DNA of 64,000 bases from Gemmatimonadota bacterium (GCA_034521595.1 JAXHMG010000003.1:2816001-2880000), one strand, 5' to 3'; counted from the stretch's first letter, positions 29,425 through 40,436 are shown. Notes: generated from the letters alone by a model not told the origin. Translations and numbers: made by a program.

Positions 29425-29481
29425 TTGACCCTCCTCCCCGGCGACCGTACGTTTCACTCCCTGAAACGAAGAATCATTCTT
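29425..29481 (+). promoter_or_regulatory. Sigma70-type promoter of the suf operon with a downstream Fur/PerR-like palindrome
   Basis: TTGACC (29425)-17 nt-TACGTT (29448), then AAGAAT-C-ATTCTT at 29469-29481. Confidence 0.6.
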
Positions 29482-29545
29482 GATAAGGACGTGCTCGGGC
29501 ATCGCGCCCGCGCGCACGTTATTTGTCGATAGCAGCGAGGGCCGC

Positions 29546-30355
29546 ATGAGCGAGGCTCCCATACTGAAGATCGAAGGGCTCGAAGCGAAGGTCGCGGACG
29601 AGGAGTTTCCGATCCTGAACGGGGTCGACCTCGAGGTCCGGAAGGGCGAGATCCACGCCATCATGGGGCCCAACGGCTCGGGCAAGAGCACGCTGGCGAA
29701 GGTGCTGGCGGGACATCCGGGCTACCTGGTCACGAGCGGGTCGGTCACCTACCAAGGTGAGGACCTGTTGGATCTCGAGACCGACGAGCGGAGCCGCGCC
29801 GGCATCTTCCTGGCGTTCCAGTACCCGGTGGAGGTTCCCGGCGTCTCGATCGCGAACTTCCTCCGCACGGCCGTGCAGGCCCACCTGCCGGAAGGCGAGG
29901 AGGTCGACCTCTTCGAGTTCTCCGACACCCTCACCGAGCGGATGCAGATGCTCGAGATGGACGTGTCGTTCGCCGAGCGCCATGTGAACGACGGGTTCAG
30001 CGGTGGAGAGAAGAAGCGGAACGAGATCTTGCAGATGGCGATGCTCGAGCCGTCGCTCGCCCTCCTGGACGAGACCGATTCGGGGCTCGACATCGACGCG
30101 CTCAAGACGGTCGCGGACGGCGTGAACAAGCTGACCGCGCAGCACCCGGACATGTCGATCGTCCTGATCACGCACTACCAGCGGCTGCTCGACTACATCA
30201 AGCCCGACATCGTCCACGTGATGATGGAAGGGAAGCTGGTGCGCTCGGGCGGGCCCGAGCTGGCCCTCGAGCTGGAGAAGGAAGGCTACAAGGACTGGCG
30301 TCCCGAGGTAGCAGCGCCGAACACCCGGGCCGACGCCGACAGCGCCGAAGCCTGA
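29546..30355 (+). CDS. sufC: Fe-S assembly ATPase SufC
   Basis: [32 protein letters not shown]. Confidence 0.95.
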   Translation: MSEAPILKIEGLEAKVADEEFPILNGVDLEVRKGEIHAIMGPNGSGKSTLAKVLAGHPGYLVTSGSVTYQGEDLLDLETDERSRAGIFLAFQYPVEVPGVSIANFLRTAVQAHLPEGEEVDLFEFSDTLTERMQMLEMDVSFAERHVNDGFSGGEKKRNEILQMAMLEPSLALLDETDSGLDIDALKTVADGVNKLTAQHPDMSIVLITHYQRLLDYIKPDIVHVMMEGKLVRSGGPELALELEKEGYKDWRPEVAAPNTRADADSAEA

Positions 30356-30377
30356 CCCCATACCGGAGGACCCTCCC

Positions 30378-31793
30378 ATGCCTCAGAACGACACGATCAA
30401 AGACCTCAACCTCGACGAACATCGGTACGACTTCGTCACCGAGGGCAAGCCCAAGTTCCGGGCGGAGAAGGGCCTGTCGGAGGCGGTCGTACGGCAGATC
30501 TCGGAGCACAAGGAAGAGCCGGAGTGGATGCTCGAGTACCGCCTGAAGGCGCTCGACATCTACAACAAGAAGCCGATGCCCACCTGGGGCGGCGACCTGA
30601 CCGACCTCGAAGACACCCTCGAAGAGATCTACTTCTACGTCCGCCCCCAGGACAAGATGGAGCGCTCCTGGGACGACGTCCCCGACGAGATCAAGGACAC
30701 GTTCGAGAAGCTCGGCATCCCCGAGGCAGAGCGGAACGTTCTGGCCGGGGTGGGTGCGCAGTACGAGTCCGAGATGGTCTACCACTCGCTCAAGCAGGAG
30801 TGGGAGGAGCAGGGCGTCATCTTCGATTCGATCGAGGACGGCCTGAAGAACCATCCGGAGATCTTCCGCGAGTACTTCGGCACGGTGATTCCGGCCGGGG
30901 ACAACAAGTTCGCCGCGATGAACGCGGCGGTGTGGTCGGGCGGCTCCTTCGTCTACATCCCGAAGGGCGTGTCGCTCGAGACGCCGCTGCAGGCCTATTT
31001 CCGCGTCAACTCGGAGCGGATGGGTCAGTTCGAGCGGACGCTCATCATCGTCGAGGAAGGCGCGCAGGCGCACTACATCGAAGGCTGCACGGCGCCGGTC
31101 TACTCCACCGAGTCGTTCCACTCGGGCGTCATCGAGATCGTGGTCAAGGACAACGCGCGCTTCCGCTACACGACGATCCAGAACTGGTCGAACAACATGT
31201 ACAACCTGGTGACCCAGCGGGCGATGGTCGAAGCCGGGGGGCACATGGAATGGCTGGACGGGAACCTGGGCTCGAAGCTCACCATGAAGTACCCCTCCTG
31301 CTACCTGCTGGGCGAGGGCGCGCACGGAGAGATCCTCTCCATCGCGTACTCCGGCAACGGTCAGCACCAGGACACGGGCGGCAAGGTCGTGCACGTCGCG
31401 CCGAACACGACGTCCTCGATCGTCTCGAAGTCGATCTCGAAGGGGACCGGACGGTCTACCTACCGGGGTCTGTGCAAGGTCTACGAGGGCGCGCACCACG
31501 CCCGCTCGAACGTCGAGTGCGACGCGCTGCTCATCAACGATACCTCGCGCACCGACACCTACCCCTACATCGAGATCGACGAGCAGGACGCGAACGTCGG
31601 GCACGAGGCCTCCGTCTCGAAGATCGGGGAGGAGCAGCTCTTCTACCTGACCAGCCGGGGCATTCCGGAGGACGAGGCGATGGCCATGATCGTGCGCGGC
31701 TTCATCGAGCCGATCGCCAAGGAGCTGCCGCTGGAGTACGCGGTCGAGCTCAACCGCCTCATCGAGCTCGAGATGGAAGGCTCGGTCGGTTGA
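30378..31793 (+). CDS. sufB: Fe-S assembly scaffold SufB
   Basis: [48 protein letters not shown]. Confidence 0.96.
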   Translation: MPQNDTIKDLNLDEHRYDFVTEGKPKFRAEKGLSEAVVRQISEHKEEPEWMLEYRLKALDIYNKKPMPTWGGDLTDLEDTLEEIYFYVRPQDKMERSWDDVPDEIKDTFEKLGIPEAERNVLAGVGAQYESEMVYHSLKQEWEEQGVIFDSIEDGLKNHPEIFREYFGTVIPAGDNKFAAMNAAVWSGGSFVYIPKGVSLETPLQAYFRVNSERMGQFERTLIIVEEGAQAHYIEGCTAPVYSTESFHSGVIEIVVKDNARFRYTTIQNWSNNMYNLVTQRAMVEAGGHMEWLDGNLGSKLTMKYPSCYLLGEGAHGEILSIAYSGNGQHQDTGGKVVHVAPNTTSSIVSKSISKGTGRSTYRGLCKVYEGAHHARSNVECDALLINDTSRTDTYPYIEIDEQDANVGHEASVSKIGEEQLFYLTSRGIPEDEAMAMIVRGFIEPIAKELPLEYAVELNRLIELEMEGSVG

Positions 31794-31827
31794 CCGGGGC
31801 TCCGCTCCCGCAGCGCACTTCACACCC

Positions 31828-33171
31828 ATGCACGATATCGGCTTCATGGAAGGCATTACCGACGCGTTGAACGGCGCCGCGGTCGAGCACGTCTCACGGG
31901 GCGAGCCCGAGTGGCTCCGCGAGCGCCGCGCCCACGCCTGGGACGTCTACGAGCGGACCCCGCTCCCGACGACCAAGCTGGAGGAGTGGCGCTACACCGA
32001 CCTCAAGCGGAAGCTCGACCTCGACGCGCTCCGGCTCAGCGAGGCCGAAGCCGCGCCCGACGATCCCGAGGCGTGGCCCGAGCGGCTCCGCAAGGCCATG
32101 GACGAGGACCGCGTCGCGGCCGGCCACCTCGTCGTGATCGACGGACACGTGGTCCACACCGACCTCGACGAGGCCCTGGCCGAGAAGGGCGTGGTCCTGA
32201 TGTCCCTCCATACGGCGCTCGAGACGCACGAGGAGCTCGTGCGCGAGCATCTGGCCACGGAAGCGGTCCCGCCCGAGGAGGGGAAGTTCGCCGCGCTCAA
32301 CGCGGCGCTCTGGACGGACGGCATCTTCCTCTACGTGCCGCGGGGCGTGCGGCTCGAACACCCCATCCGGGTGACCCGGTGGGTCTCCGAGCCGGGCGCG
32401 GCCTACTTCAGCCGCACGCTGATCGTGGCGGAGGACGCCAGCCAGGTATCCTACGTCGACGAAGTCGTCTCGGACCCCCTCGAGCGACAGACCCTCGTCT
32501 CGAACGCGGTCGAAGTGCTCGCCCGGCAGGCCGCGCAGGTCCAGTACGTGTCGCTGCAGCGGCTGGGGTCCGGCGCCTTCTTCCAGTCGGTCCAACGCAC
32601 GCTCGCCGAGCGCGACGCGACGCTCGACACGCTCAACGTCGGGCTCGGATCCTCGGTGAGCCGGGTCGACCTGAACGCGCGCTTGCTCGGCTCCGGAGGG
32701 AACTCGGACATGCTCGGGCTCTACTTCGGGGACCAAAACCAACATTTCGATTTCAATACCAGCCAGGACCACGTCGCGCCGAACGCGTCGAGCAACCTGC
32801 TCTACAAAGGCGCGCTCGACGGCGAGAGCCGGGCGGTGTTTCGCGGCCTCATCCGGGTGCACCCGAAGGCGCAGCGCACCGACGCGTACCAGACGAACCG
32901 CAACCTGCTCCTGTCGGGCAAGGCCCGCGCCGACACGCTCCCGAACCTCGAGATCGAGGCGGACGACGTGAAGTGCTCGCACGGAGCCACCGTCGGTGAG
33001 CTGGATTCAGAAACCAAGTTCTATTTGATGAGCCGGGGACTCGACCGGATCACCGCCGAGCGCATGGTCGTGCTCGGGTTTCTGGGAGAGGTCCTCGCCC
33101 GGCTGCCGCTCGGCGGCGTGGTCGAGAAGGTCACGCGGGTCATCGAGGAGAAGCTGGCGGGCCATGGCTAA
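31828..33171 (+). CDS. sufD: Fe-S assembly protein SufD
   Basis: EEWRYTDL, PNLEIEADDVKCSHGATVG; operon position. Confidence 0.94.
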   Translation: MHDIGFMEGITDALNGAAVEHVSRGEPEWLRERRAHAWDVYERTPLPTTKLEEWRYTDLKRKLDLDALRLSEAEAAPDDPEAWPERLRKAMDEDRVAAGHLVVIDGHVVHTDLDEALAEKGVVLMSLHTALETHEELVREHLATEAVPPEEGKFAALNAALWTDGIFLYVPRGVRLEHPIRVTRWVSEPGAAYFSRTLIVAEDASQVSYVDEVVSDPLERQTLVSNAVEVLARQAAQVQYVSLQRLGSGAFFQSVQRTLAERDATLDTLNVGLGSSVSRVDLNARLLGSGGNSDMLGLYFGDQNQHFDFNTSQDHVAPNASSNLLYKGALDGESRAVFRGLIRVHPKAQRTDAYQTNRNLLLSGKARADTLPNLEIEADDVKCSHGATVGELDSETKFYLMSRGLDRITAERMVVLGFLGEVLARLPLGGVVEKVTRVIEEKLAGHG

Positions 33172-33475
33172 CTGGATTCGGGTCGCGGACACGGAGTTCT
33201 GCCCGGCGGGGCAGCTCAAGGGCGTCATGGCCAACGGCCAGCCGATCGTCCTGGCCAACGTCGACGGAGACCTCTGCGCGCTGGAGGACAAGTGCTCCCA
33301 CGAGGACTACCCGCTCTCCGACGGAGAGCTCGACGGGGATGAGGTGGTCTGCGAGTATCACGGTGCCCGGTTCGACGCGTGCAGCGGTGCCCGCAAGGCC
33401 CTTCCGGCCGTCCGTCCCGTTCGCGCCTATCCGGTCGAGGTGCGCGAGGACGGGATCTACGTAGACGTCGAATGA
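33164..33475 (+). CDS. Rieske-type [2Fe-2S] ferredoxin
   Basis: CSH...CEYHGARF. Confidence 0.9.
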   Translation: MANWIRVADTEFCPAGQLKGVMANGQPIVLANVDGDLCALEDKCSHEDYPLSDGELDGDEVVCEYHGARFDACSGARKALPAVRPVRAYPVEVREDGIYVDVE

Positions 33476-34722
33476 GCACGGCCGCCACCGCGCCGACCAC
33501 CTTCGATCCGTACGCGGTCCGGCGCGAGTTTCCCGCCTTGGACCAGGCCGTCCACGGCAAGCCGCTCGTCTACCTCGACAACGCCGCGACCTCCCAGAAG
33601 CCGCGGGCGGTGCTCGACGCGGTCGCGGGCTACTACGAGCGGGACAACGCGAACGTGCACCGGGGGATCCACGAGCTCTCCAGACGGGCGACGGACGCGT
33701 ACGAGGACGCCCGGCGCCGCGTGGGCGCCTGGGTCGGCGCCGACGATCCGGCCGAGCTGGTCTGGACCCGAGGCACCACCGAAGCCATCAACCTCGTCGC
33801 GACCGCGTGGGGTCTCGACCACGTGGGCGAAGGCGACGAGATCCTGATCTCGGTGCTCGAGCACCATTCGAACATCGTCCCCTGGCAGCTTCTCGCCCGG
33901 CGGACGGGCGCGCGCCTCCGGTATTTGGAGCTCGACGACCAGGGCCGGTGGATTCTGGACGACCTGGACACGTTGCTGACCGAGCGCACGAAGCTCGTCG
34001 CCGTGTCGCACGTCTCCAACGCCCTCGGCACCGTCAACCCGGTCCGTGAGATCGCCAAGGCCGCGCACGACGTGGGCGCCCGGGTGCTGATCGACGGCGC
34101 TCAGGGCGCGGTCCACGCCAAGGTCGACGTGAAGGAGCTCGGAGCGGACTTCTACGCGTTCAGCGGCCACAAGATGTGCGGGCCGACCGGCATCGGCGCG
34201 CTCTGGGCCCGGCGCGAGCTCCTCGAGGAGATGGCGCCGTATCAGGGCGGCGGCGAGATGATCCACGTCGTGGGCAGGGACGAGAGCACGTGGGCCGGCA
34301 TCCCGCACAAGTTCGAGGCCGGCACGCCGAACATCGCGGGCGCGGTGGGCTTCGGCGCGGCCGTGGACTTCCTGTCCGGGATCGGGATGGACGCCGTGGC
34401 CGAGCACGAGCGGCGGATCCTCGACTACGCGAACGAGCGGATCCGGGAGCTCGACGGCATCGAGGTCCACGGCCCCCGTTCGCCGGCGGAGCGCTCGGCG
34501 GTGCTCTCGTTCTCGATGGAGGACGCGCATCCGCACGACATCGCCACCATCCTCGACACGGAAGGCGTCGCGGTGCGCGCCGGCCACCACTGCGCCCAGT
34601 TGGTGATGAAGCACCTCGGGGTCCCGGCGACCGCCCGGGCGTCGTTCTACCTCTACAACACGGTGGAGGACGTGGACCGGCTCGTCGACGCGCTCCGGCG
34701 GGTGCGAAGCATCTTCCACTAG
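33472..34722 (+). CDS. sufS: Cysteine desulfurase SufS
   Basis: YLDNAATSQKP, FSGHKM, RAGHHCA. Confidence 0.96.
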   Translation: MSTAATAPTTFDPYAVRREFPALDQAVHGKPLVYLDNAATSQKPRAVLDAVAGYYERDNANVHRGIHELSRRATDAYEDARRRVGAWVGADDPAELVWTRGTTEAINLVATAWGLDHVGEGDEILISVLEHHSNIVPWQLLARRTGARLRYLELDDQGRWILDDLDTLLTERTKLVAVSHVSNALGTVNPVREIAKAAHDVGARVLIDGAQGAVHAKVDVKELGADFYAFSGHKMCGPTGIGALWARRELLEEMAPYQGGGEMIHVVGRDESTWAGIPHKFEAGTPNIAGAVGFGAAVDFLSGIGMDAVAEHERRILDYANERIRELDGIEVHGPRSPAERSAVLSFSMEDAHPHDIATILDTEGVAVRAGHHCAQLVMKHLGVPATARASFYLYNTVEDVDRLVDALRRVRSIFH

Positions 34723-34788
34723 GCCCACGTGGCGAGAACGGCCCCTCCCGCCCTATGTTGTCCCCCGTCGCGCAACCGAGGACGTCCC

Positions 34789-35241
34789 ATGGAGACACCG
34801 CAGCTCAGCTCGCTCTACCAGCAGCTCATCCTCGAGCACTACAAGAGCCCGCGCAACAAGGGCGAGCTCGAGGAGCGCACGGTCGAGGTCCACATGAACA
34901 ATCCGGTCTGCGGCGACGAGATCCGGCTCCAGCTCCGCGTCGAAGGCGACACGATCGAGCACGCCAAGTTCGTCGGCCAGGGGTGCTCCATCTCGCAGGC
35001 TTCCGTGAGCATCATGACGACCCTTCTCGAAGGCCGGTCGCTGTCCGACGCCGAAGGCCTCGCGGACCGGTTCACCGAAGTCATGCACGGCGATGCCGAC
35101 GCAGCCCGGGACAAATCGCTCGGAGATCTGCGGGCGCTCCAGGGCGTCAGCAAGTTCCCCGTCCGGGTGAAGTGCGCGCTGCTCGGATTCGACGCTCTGC
35201 GGGAGGCGCTGCGCCAGAGCGCGGCGGAGCCCGCGAGCTGA
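34789..35241 (+). CDS. sufU: SufU sulfur-transfer protein
   Basis: NPVCGD, GCSISQAS, RVKCA. Confidence 0.93.
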   Translation: METPQLSSLYQQLILEHYKSPRNKGELEERTVEVHMNNPVCGDEIRLQLRVEGDTIEHAKFVGQGCSISQASVSIMTTLLEGRSLSDAEGLADRFTEVMHGDADAARDKSLGDLRALQGVSKFPVRVKCALLGFDALREALRQSAAEPAS

Positions 35242-35246
35242 TCCCC

Positions 35247-35786
35247 GTGGAGGTGCACTCCGCCCACGTGCCGGAGACCCGTGCGGGTCCCCTCACCGTG
35301 TGGGCCTCTTCCGAGGGTGTCCGCCACATCGAGTTCGGCCCCCTCCCCGCCGGCCACCACGCCGACCCGCCCGAGCGCTTCACCAAGACGCTGACGGAAG
35401 CCGTGCGCCAGCTCCGGGAGTACCTCTCCGGTGCGCGGACCGGCTTCGACCTTCCGTTGGATCTGGCCGGGGTCACGACCGACTTCCAGCGGCGGGTCTA
35501 CGAGCGTCTCCGCACCGTCGGGTACGGACAGGTCACCTCGTACGGCCACCTCGCGGACGCGCTCGGCGGCCCGGAGCTGGCCCGGGCGGTGGGCCGCGCC
35601 GTCGGCGCCAACCCCCTCCCCATCGTGATCCCCTGCCACCGGGTCGTCGGCTCCGAGGGGCGCCTGACCGGGTTCGGCGGGGGCCTGCCGGCCAAGGTCG
35701 CGCTGCTCCGGCTCGAAGGCATCGACGTGGACGGTGACCGTCCGTCGAGCCGGGTCCGCCGGGACGTCATTCCGCTGGATCTGTAG
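35247..35786 (+). CDS. ogt: Methylated-DNA-protein-cysteine methyltransferase
   Basis: ARAVG...NPLPIVIPCHRV. 3' part of ORF 34176..35786. Confidence 0.92.
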   Translation: MEVHSAHVPETRAGPLTVWASSEGVRHIEFGPLPAGHHADPPERFTKTLTEAVRQLREYLSGARTGFDLPLDLAGVTTDFQRRVYERLRTVGYGQVTSYGHLADALGGPELARAVGRAVGANPLPIVIPCHRVVGSEGRLTGFGGGLPAKVALLRLEGIDVDGDRPSSRVRRDVIPLDL

Positions 35787-35880
35787 GCGGCGAGCCGGCC
35801 GCGGCCCCCACTCCGGCCGTGATCCTCAGCCATTCCCGTCGTGATGGCGTCATGTCGATCCCCTCTCGCTCGTGGTTCAG

Positions 35881-37173
35881 TCAACGCCCATCATGGAAGC
35901 GCTCGGGCCCGAGCGCCAGTAGATGAGGGCTCGGAGCGCCACCCAGGAGCCCGTCCGCGACGAGCTCTCCCGTGACGGGTCCGAGCGTCAAGCCGAGCAT
36001 GCCGTGGCCGGTGGCGACCCATACGTCCTCGAGGCCGGGGAGAGGCCCGACGAGCGGCAGGCCGTCCGCGCTCATGGGGCGGAGCCCACACCACTCGGAC
36101 ACCGAGGGCCGTCCGGCCAGGGCGGGAAAAGCTTCGCCGGCGGCCCGCGAAAGCTGGGCGAGACGCTCCGGCCGCAGCTCCCGGTCGACGCCGGCGAACT
36201 CCATGGTGCCCGCGAGGCGGACGCGACCGGCGAGCGGCGTGCAGAAGACCGCCGATTCGTGGAGCACACAGGCGATGCGGAGCGGCGGCGTATCGTCCAG
36301 TCCGACAGGGAGATCCCGGTGATACCCTTTGCCGGGACGCACCGGCAGGCGGGTCCCGAACCGTCCGGCGAGCTCGAGGGCGAACGGCCCCGTGGCGAGC
36401 AGGGCCGCGTCCGCGGGAACGACCGTGCCGTCGCCACGGCGGGCTCCCACGAGCGCTCCGCCCTCGACCACCAGATCCGTCACTTCCGCGCCCTCCACGA
36501 TGCACACCCCGAGTCGGCGCGCCGCTTCTGCGAGGCCCGTGACGAAGGCGTAGGGGTCGACGGTCGCGGCCTCGGGATAGAAGACGCCGCCGGCGAAGGT
36601 GGGCGCGAGGGCCGGCTCGTGGCGGCGGAGCTCCTCGATGGCCAGGACTTCCGGCCGGTAGCCGTGCGGCCGGATGAGGTCCGCTTCGTCGGACGCGACG
36701 GCCAGCGCGGCCGCGGAGGCGCACACGTCGTAGTACCCGTCGGCCCGGTAGCCGCAAGCCAGGCCTTCTTCGGCGACGGCGGCCTCGAACAGCTCGAGCG
36801 AGCGGTGCCCGAGCGGTGCCATGACGTCGGTGGCCGCGACGAGCTGCTCGCGCGTGCAATTCTCCGCGAACTCCAGCAGCCAGCGCCAGAGCCCCGGATC
36901 CCAGCGGGGAGGGACGTGGACCGGACTGGCGGGATCGAACATGCCTCGGAGGCCCTGCCGGACACGGCCCGGTCGGTTGAGCGGCGGGTGGCCGGGCGAG
37001 ATCGTGCCCGCGTTGCCCGCGGACGCCTCCGCGGCCACGGCTCCCCGCTCGAGCAGCGTCACCCGGGCGCCGGCTCGGGCCAGGTAGTACGCCGAGCACA
37101 CCCCGATCACGCCTCCGCCGACCACGACCACGTGGGTGCGTGCGGATCCCGCGGAAGGCTGGTGCACGCTCAC
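35881..37173 (-). CDS. FAD-dependent D-amino acid dehydrogenase-family oxidoreductase
   Basis: VVVGGGVIG, ASAGNAG, WCGLRP, GHGMLGLT. GTGA overlap with the upstream gene. Confidence 0.88.
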   Translation of the reverse strand: MSVHQPSAGSARTHVVVVGGGVIGVCSAYYLARAGARVTLLERGAVAAEASAGNAGTISPGHPPLNRPGRVRQGLRGMFDPASPVHVPPRWDPGLWRWLLEFAENCTREQLVAATDVMAPLGHRSLELFEAAVAEEGLACGYRADGYYDVCASAAALAVASDEADLIRPHGYRPEVLAIEELRRHEPALAPTFAGGVFYPEAATVDPYAFVTGLAEAARRLGVCIVEGAEVTDLVVEGGALVGARRGDGTVVPADAALLATGPFALELAGRFGTRLPVRPGKGYHRDLPVGLDDTPPLRIACVLHESAVFCTPLAGRVRLAGTMEFAGVDRELRPERLAQLSRAAGEAFPALAGRPSVSEWCGLRPMSADGLPLVGPLPGLEDVWVATGHGMLGLTLGPVTGELVADGLLGGAPSPHLLALGPERFHDGR

Positions 37174-38426
37174 CCCAGGCCGGGGTCGAGAAGGACCTTG
37201 AGGGACTCCGTATGGCGTCGCTTCTCGGCCGTGGAAAGCGCTTGCCTGTACTCGCTCAACGGATACACGTGCGTGACCACCCGGTCGACGGGCGAAGCGG
37301 TCTCGAGGAGAAGGTCGTGCGTGACCTCGAACGTATGGCGCTCGTGGCCCCGCCATTCTTCGACGCCGTACCCGACGAACCCTTTGAAGTCCAGCTCACG
37401 GGCCCACAGGAAGGTGAGGTCGAGCTCGGGAACCTCCGCGGCGCATCCGAGCATGACCACCCGCCCGCGCGGCGCGGCGTAGCGAAGGGCTTGCGCGATC
37501 GTGCCGCCACGGCCCACGCAGTCGAAGATCAAGGGGAAGCCACCCCCGGCGAAGACCTCGTCGCCGACGATGGGCATGTAGGCCCGGGCTCCCGTCTCGA
37601 CCAGCGCCTGGCGGGCCTCGTCCCCGGGCGAGACGACCGTGTCGGCACCCAGAGCTCCGGCGAGCCGCGCCTCGTGACCGTGTTCGCTCTGCGCGACGAT
37701 CTCGCCCTCGTAGCCCGCGGCCCGGAGCGCCCAGACCGTGCCCAACGCGATCGGTCCGCTTCCGATGACCAGGACCGGACCCGGCCCGAGGGGTCGCACA
37801 CCCAGGACCGCGTGCATCCCGGTCGCCAGGGGCTCGATCAGCACCGCCTCCTTGTCCGAGAGCCCCTCGTCCACGGGGAACACCTGGGTCTGGTGGGCCA
37901 ACAGTCGCTCGGACCAGCCGCCCGGAAGGTCGGGGTGGCGGCCGAGCGATGCGCCCGGCCGGAGCGGTCGGCCGTCGACTTCCAAGGCGCCCTCCTCCCC
38001 GGCGCGCTCACACGTGGCGGGCCGCCCGAGCGCGCAGGAAGGACAACCCTCCCCCGCCGCGAAGCCCCGGGCCGTGCACGAGATCACCGGATCGACCACC
38101 ACCCGCCGACCGACGTCGAGGCCGCGCACGGCCGGGCCGGTCTCCACGACCCGGCCGAGGATCTCGTGCCCCAACGTCGCGGGATACAAGCCGAACGGCT
38201 CGAGGGCCGCGCTCGTGTCGAAGCGGAGTCGGGCGAGGTCGGTGCTGGAGATTCCGGCCTTGAGCACCTCCACGCGCACCCAATCGTCCGCGGGCAGGGG
38301 GTGCTCGGGGACGTCGGCGAGGCGGAGGCCGCTGAAGCCGCCGAAGCGTGCGGCTTCGGACCACCGGCCCAGGATGCGTCCGATCCGGTAGCGCTGAAGC
38401 GTGAGGTCGAAAGTGACGGCGCGCAT
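37170..38426 (-). CDS. Zinc-binding (MDR family) dehydrogenase
   Basis: GHE motif, four structural Cys, EPL, GSGPIA. Confidence 0.85.
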   Translation of the reverse strand: MRAVTFDLTLQRYRIGRILGRWSEAARFGGFSGLRLADVPEHPLPADDWVRVEVLKAGISSTDLARLRFDTSAALEPFGLYPATLGHEILGRVVETGPAVRGLDVGRRVVVDPVISCTARGFAAGEGCPSCALGRPATCERAGEEGALEVDGRPLRPGASLGRHPDLPGGWSERLLAHQTQVFPVDEGLSDKEAVLIEPLATGMHAVLGVRPLGPGPVLVIGSGPIALGTVWALRAAGYEGEIVAQSEHGHEARLAGALGADTVVSPGDEARQALVETGARAYMPIVGDEVFAGGGFPLIFDCVGRGGTIAQALRYAAPRGRVVMLGCAAEVPELDLTFLWARELDFKGFVGYGVEEWRGHERHTFEVTHDLLLETASPVDRVVTHVYPLSEYRQALSTAEKRRHTESLKVLLDPGLG

Positions 38427-38436
38427 GCCGGACGTC

Positions 38437-39093
38437 CTACGACATCAGGTCGGCCAGAGCCTTCAACGCGGTCTTGAGCGGCCGGAGCGTGCGTCCCGAG
38501 ACGGCGCTGAGCCCGAGGGCGAGGGCGAGCGCCAGCGCCACGAACTCCCACACCCCGACCCAGGGCACCGCTCCCGCTCCTCCGGCCGCGGCGAGAAGGA
38601 ACAGGAGTAGGGCGGCCGCGCCGGCCACCCTCCGCTCGCCGCGCGCGAGAGGCTGGAGGCCCGGTTCGGATCGTGCGGGCTCCACGCCGGGCCGATCCAC
38701 CTTCCGCCGGACCTCGGGCCCCGAGCCGTCGAGCCCGAGGAGGGACCGTGCGTCTTCCTCGTCCTCGGCCCGCACCCAGATCCTGGCGGGGCGAGCGATG
38801 GTCACCCCGGCGTCGGCTCCGCCGGCGTCATCGATCTGCAACCGGAAGGGGATCCCCGCATCCCGGAGGAAGCCGGCCGCGAACTCCGCCTCGTGTCGGT
38901 ACAGATACTCGGCGATGGCCACATGGGGCCGGTCCTCTCGATGGGAGCCCTCGAGACCTTCCTCGGACGGACTGCTCACGACGCCCTCGTCCGGCCGGGC
39001 TCCGAGCGATCGTGGGTCTGCGGCATGGTCATGGCGGACCGTTGAAGGGTAGTGCGGCTGGCCTGCGACCCGCCGCTGCCTCACCTTACTCAC
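38437..39093 (-). CDS. DUF2007-like (PII-fold) protein with two C-terminal TM helices; start uncertain
   Basis: EAEFAAGFLRDAGIP...IWVRAEDEEDARSLL followed by two hydrophobic segments. Confidence 0.6.
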   Translation of the reverse strand: MSKVRQRRVAGQPHYPSTVRHDHAADPRSLGARPDEGVVSSPSEEGLEGSHREDRPHVAIAEYLYRHEAEFAAGFLRDAGIPFRLQIDDAGGADAGVTIARPARIWVRAEDEEDARSLLGLDGSGPEVRRKVDRPGVEPARSEPGLQPLARGERRVAGAAALLLFLLAAAGGAGAVPWVGVWEFVALALALALGLSAVSGRTLRPLKTALKALADLMS

Positions 39094-39200
39094 TCCGTCC
39101 GAGCCGGTAAATGCCCCGGATCGAAAAACGGATGGCGAGCGAGCACCGGCCGGAGGCCGGTGCCGCCCGAGTCCCGCTCACCGCACAGCCCCTCTGAACC

Positions 39201-40436
39201 GTGCGCATCGCTATCATCGGAGCCGGAGTCTCCGGCCTGGTTGCGGCCCGGCTGATCCGGGAACGCCACGAAGTGGTGGTCTTCGAAGCGCGGGAACGCA
39301 TCGGCGGACACGTTCACACCGTCCCGGTGCGGGACCGGGACGGCATGCCGCACGCGGTGGATACCGGGTTCATCGTTTTCAACGAATCGAACTACCCGCT
39401 CTTCACCAGGCTGCTCGACCGACTCGGGGTCGCGTCTCAACCCTCCGAGATGAGCTTCAGCGTACGCTGCGACCGGACGGGGCTGGAGTACAACGGGTCG
39501 AGCTACACGGGTCTGTTCGTGCAACGTCGGAACCTGCTGCGTCTCCGGTTCCACCGGATGCTCGTCGACATCCTCCGCTTCAACCGCCGTGCGACACGGG
39601 ACCTCGAACGGGGCATCGGAGAGGAATCGCTCGGAGCCTACGTGCGGCGCGGGCGCTTCACCCGCGAACTGGCGGAGCACTACCTGGTTCCCATGGGCTC
39701 GGCGCTCTGGTCCATGCCTCCCGGGCGCGTCCTCGAGCTCCCCGCCGCGTTCTTCCTCGGCTTTTTCGCGCAACACGGCATGCTCTCCGTCGACGACCGT
39801 CCCCAATGGCGGGTGATCCGTGGAGGCTCGCGCAGCTACGTGGACGCGCTCGTGGCGCCGTTCCGCGAGGGGGTGCGCACCGGCGGAGCCGTCCGGCGGG
39901 TGACGAGGCACCCGGAGCACGTGCTGGTCGACGGGGAAGCGTTCGACGAGGTGGTCTTCGCATGTCACGCCGACCGCGCGCTTGCCGCCCTGGGCGACCC
40001 GACGAGGGAGGAACACGATATCCTCGGCGCCTTCCCGTACACGGACAACGACGTCGTCCTCCACACGGACGTGGCCATGTTGCCGACCCGGCGGAAAGCC
40101 TGGGCCTCGTGGAACTACCGGATTCCCGAAGGCCGGACCGACGCGGCGACCGTGACCTACAACATGAACACCCTGCAGGGGCTCCGCTCGAAGGACACCT
40201 TCTGCGTGACGCTGAACGAGCCGGGCGGCGTGAACAAGAATTCTGTTTTGTTCCGCACTCGCTACCGGCATCCGGGCTACAGCGCCGAGGGTTTTCGGGC
40301 CCAGAGCCGCCACCCCGAGATCAGCGGGCGGGAGCACCGGACGCACTACGCGGGAGCGTACTGGGGCTTCGGGTTTCACGAAGATGGCGTGCGGAGCGCC
40401 GTGCGGGTGGCGGGCGAGTTCGGGGCGACGTTATGA
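39201..40436 (+). CDS. FAD-dependent oxidoreductase of the cfa/DUF1365 cluster
   Basis: IIGAGVSG, VDTGFIVFN, AWASWNY, GFHEDG. Confidence 0.9.
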   Translation: MRIAIIGAGVSGLVAARLIRERHEVVVFEARERIGGHVHTVPVRDRDGMPHAVDTGFIVFNESNYPLFTRLLDRLGVASQPSEMSFSVRCDRTGLEYNGSSYTGLFVQRRNLLRLRFHRMLVDILRFNRRATRDLERGIGEESLGAYVRRGRFTRELAEHYLVPMGSALWSMPPGRVLELPAAFFLGFFAQHGMLSVDDRPQWRVIRGGSRSYVDALVAPFREGVRTGGAVRRVTRHPEHVLVDGEAFDEVVFACHADRALAALGDPTREEHDILGAFPYTDNDVVLHTDVAMLPTRRKAWASWNYRIPEGRTDAATVTYNMNTLQGLRSKDTFCVTLNEPGGVNKNSVLFRTRYRHPGYSAEGFRAQSRHPEISGREHRTHYAGAYWGFGFHEDGVRSAVRVAGEFGATL

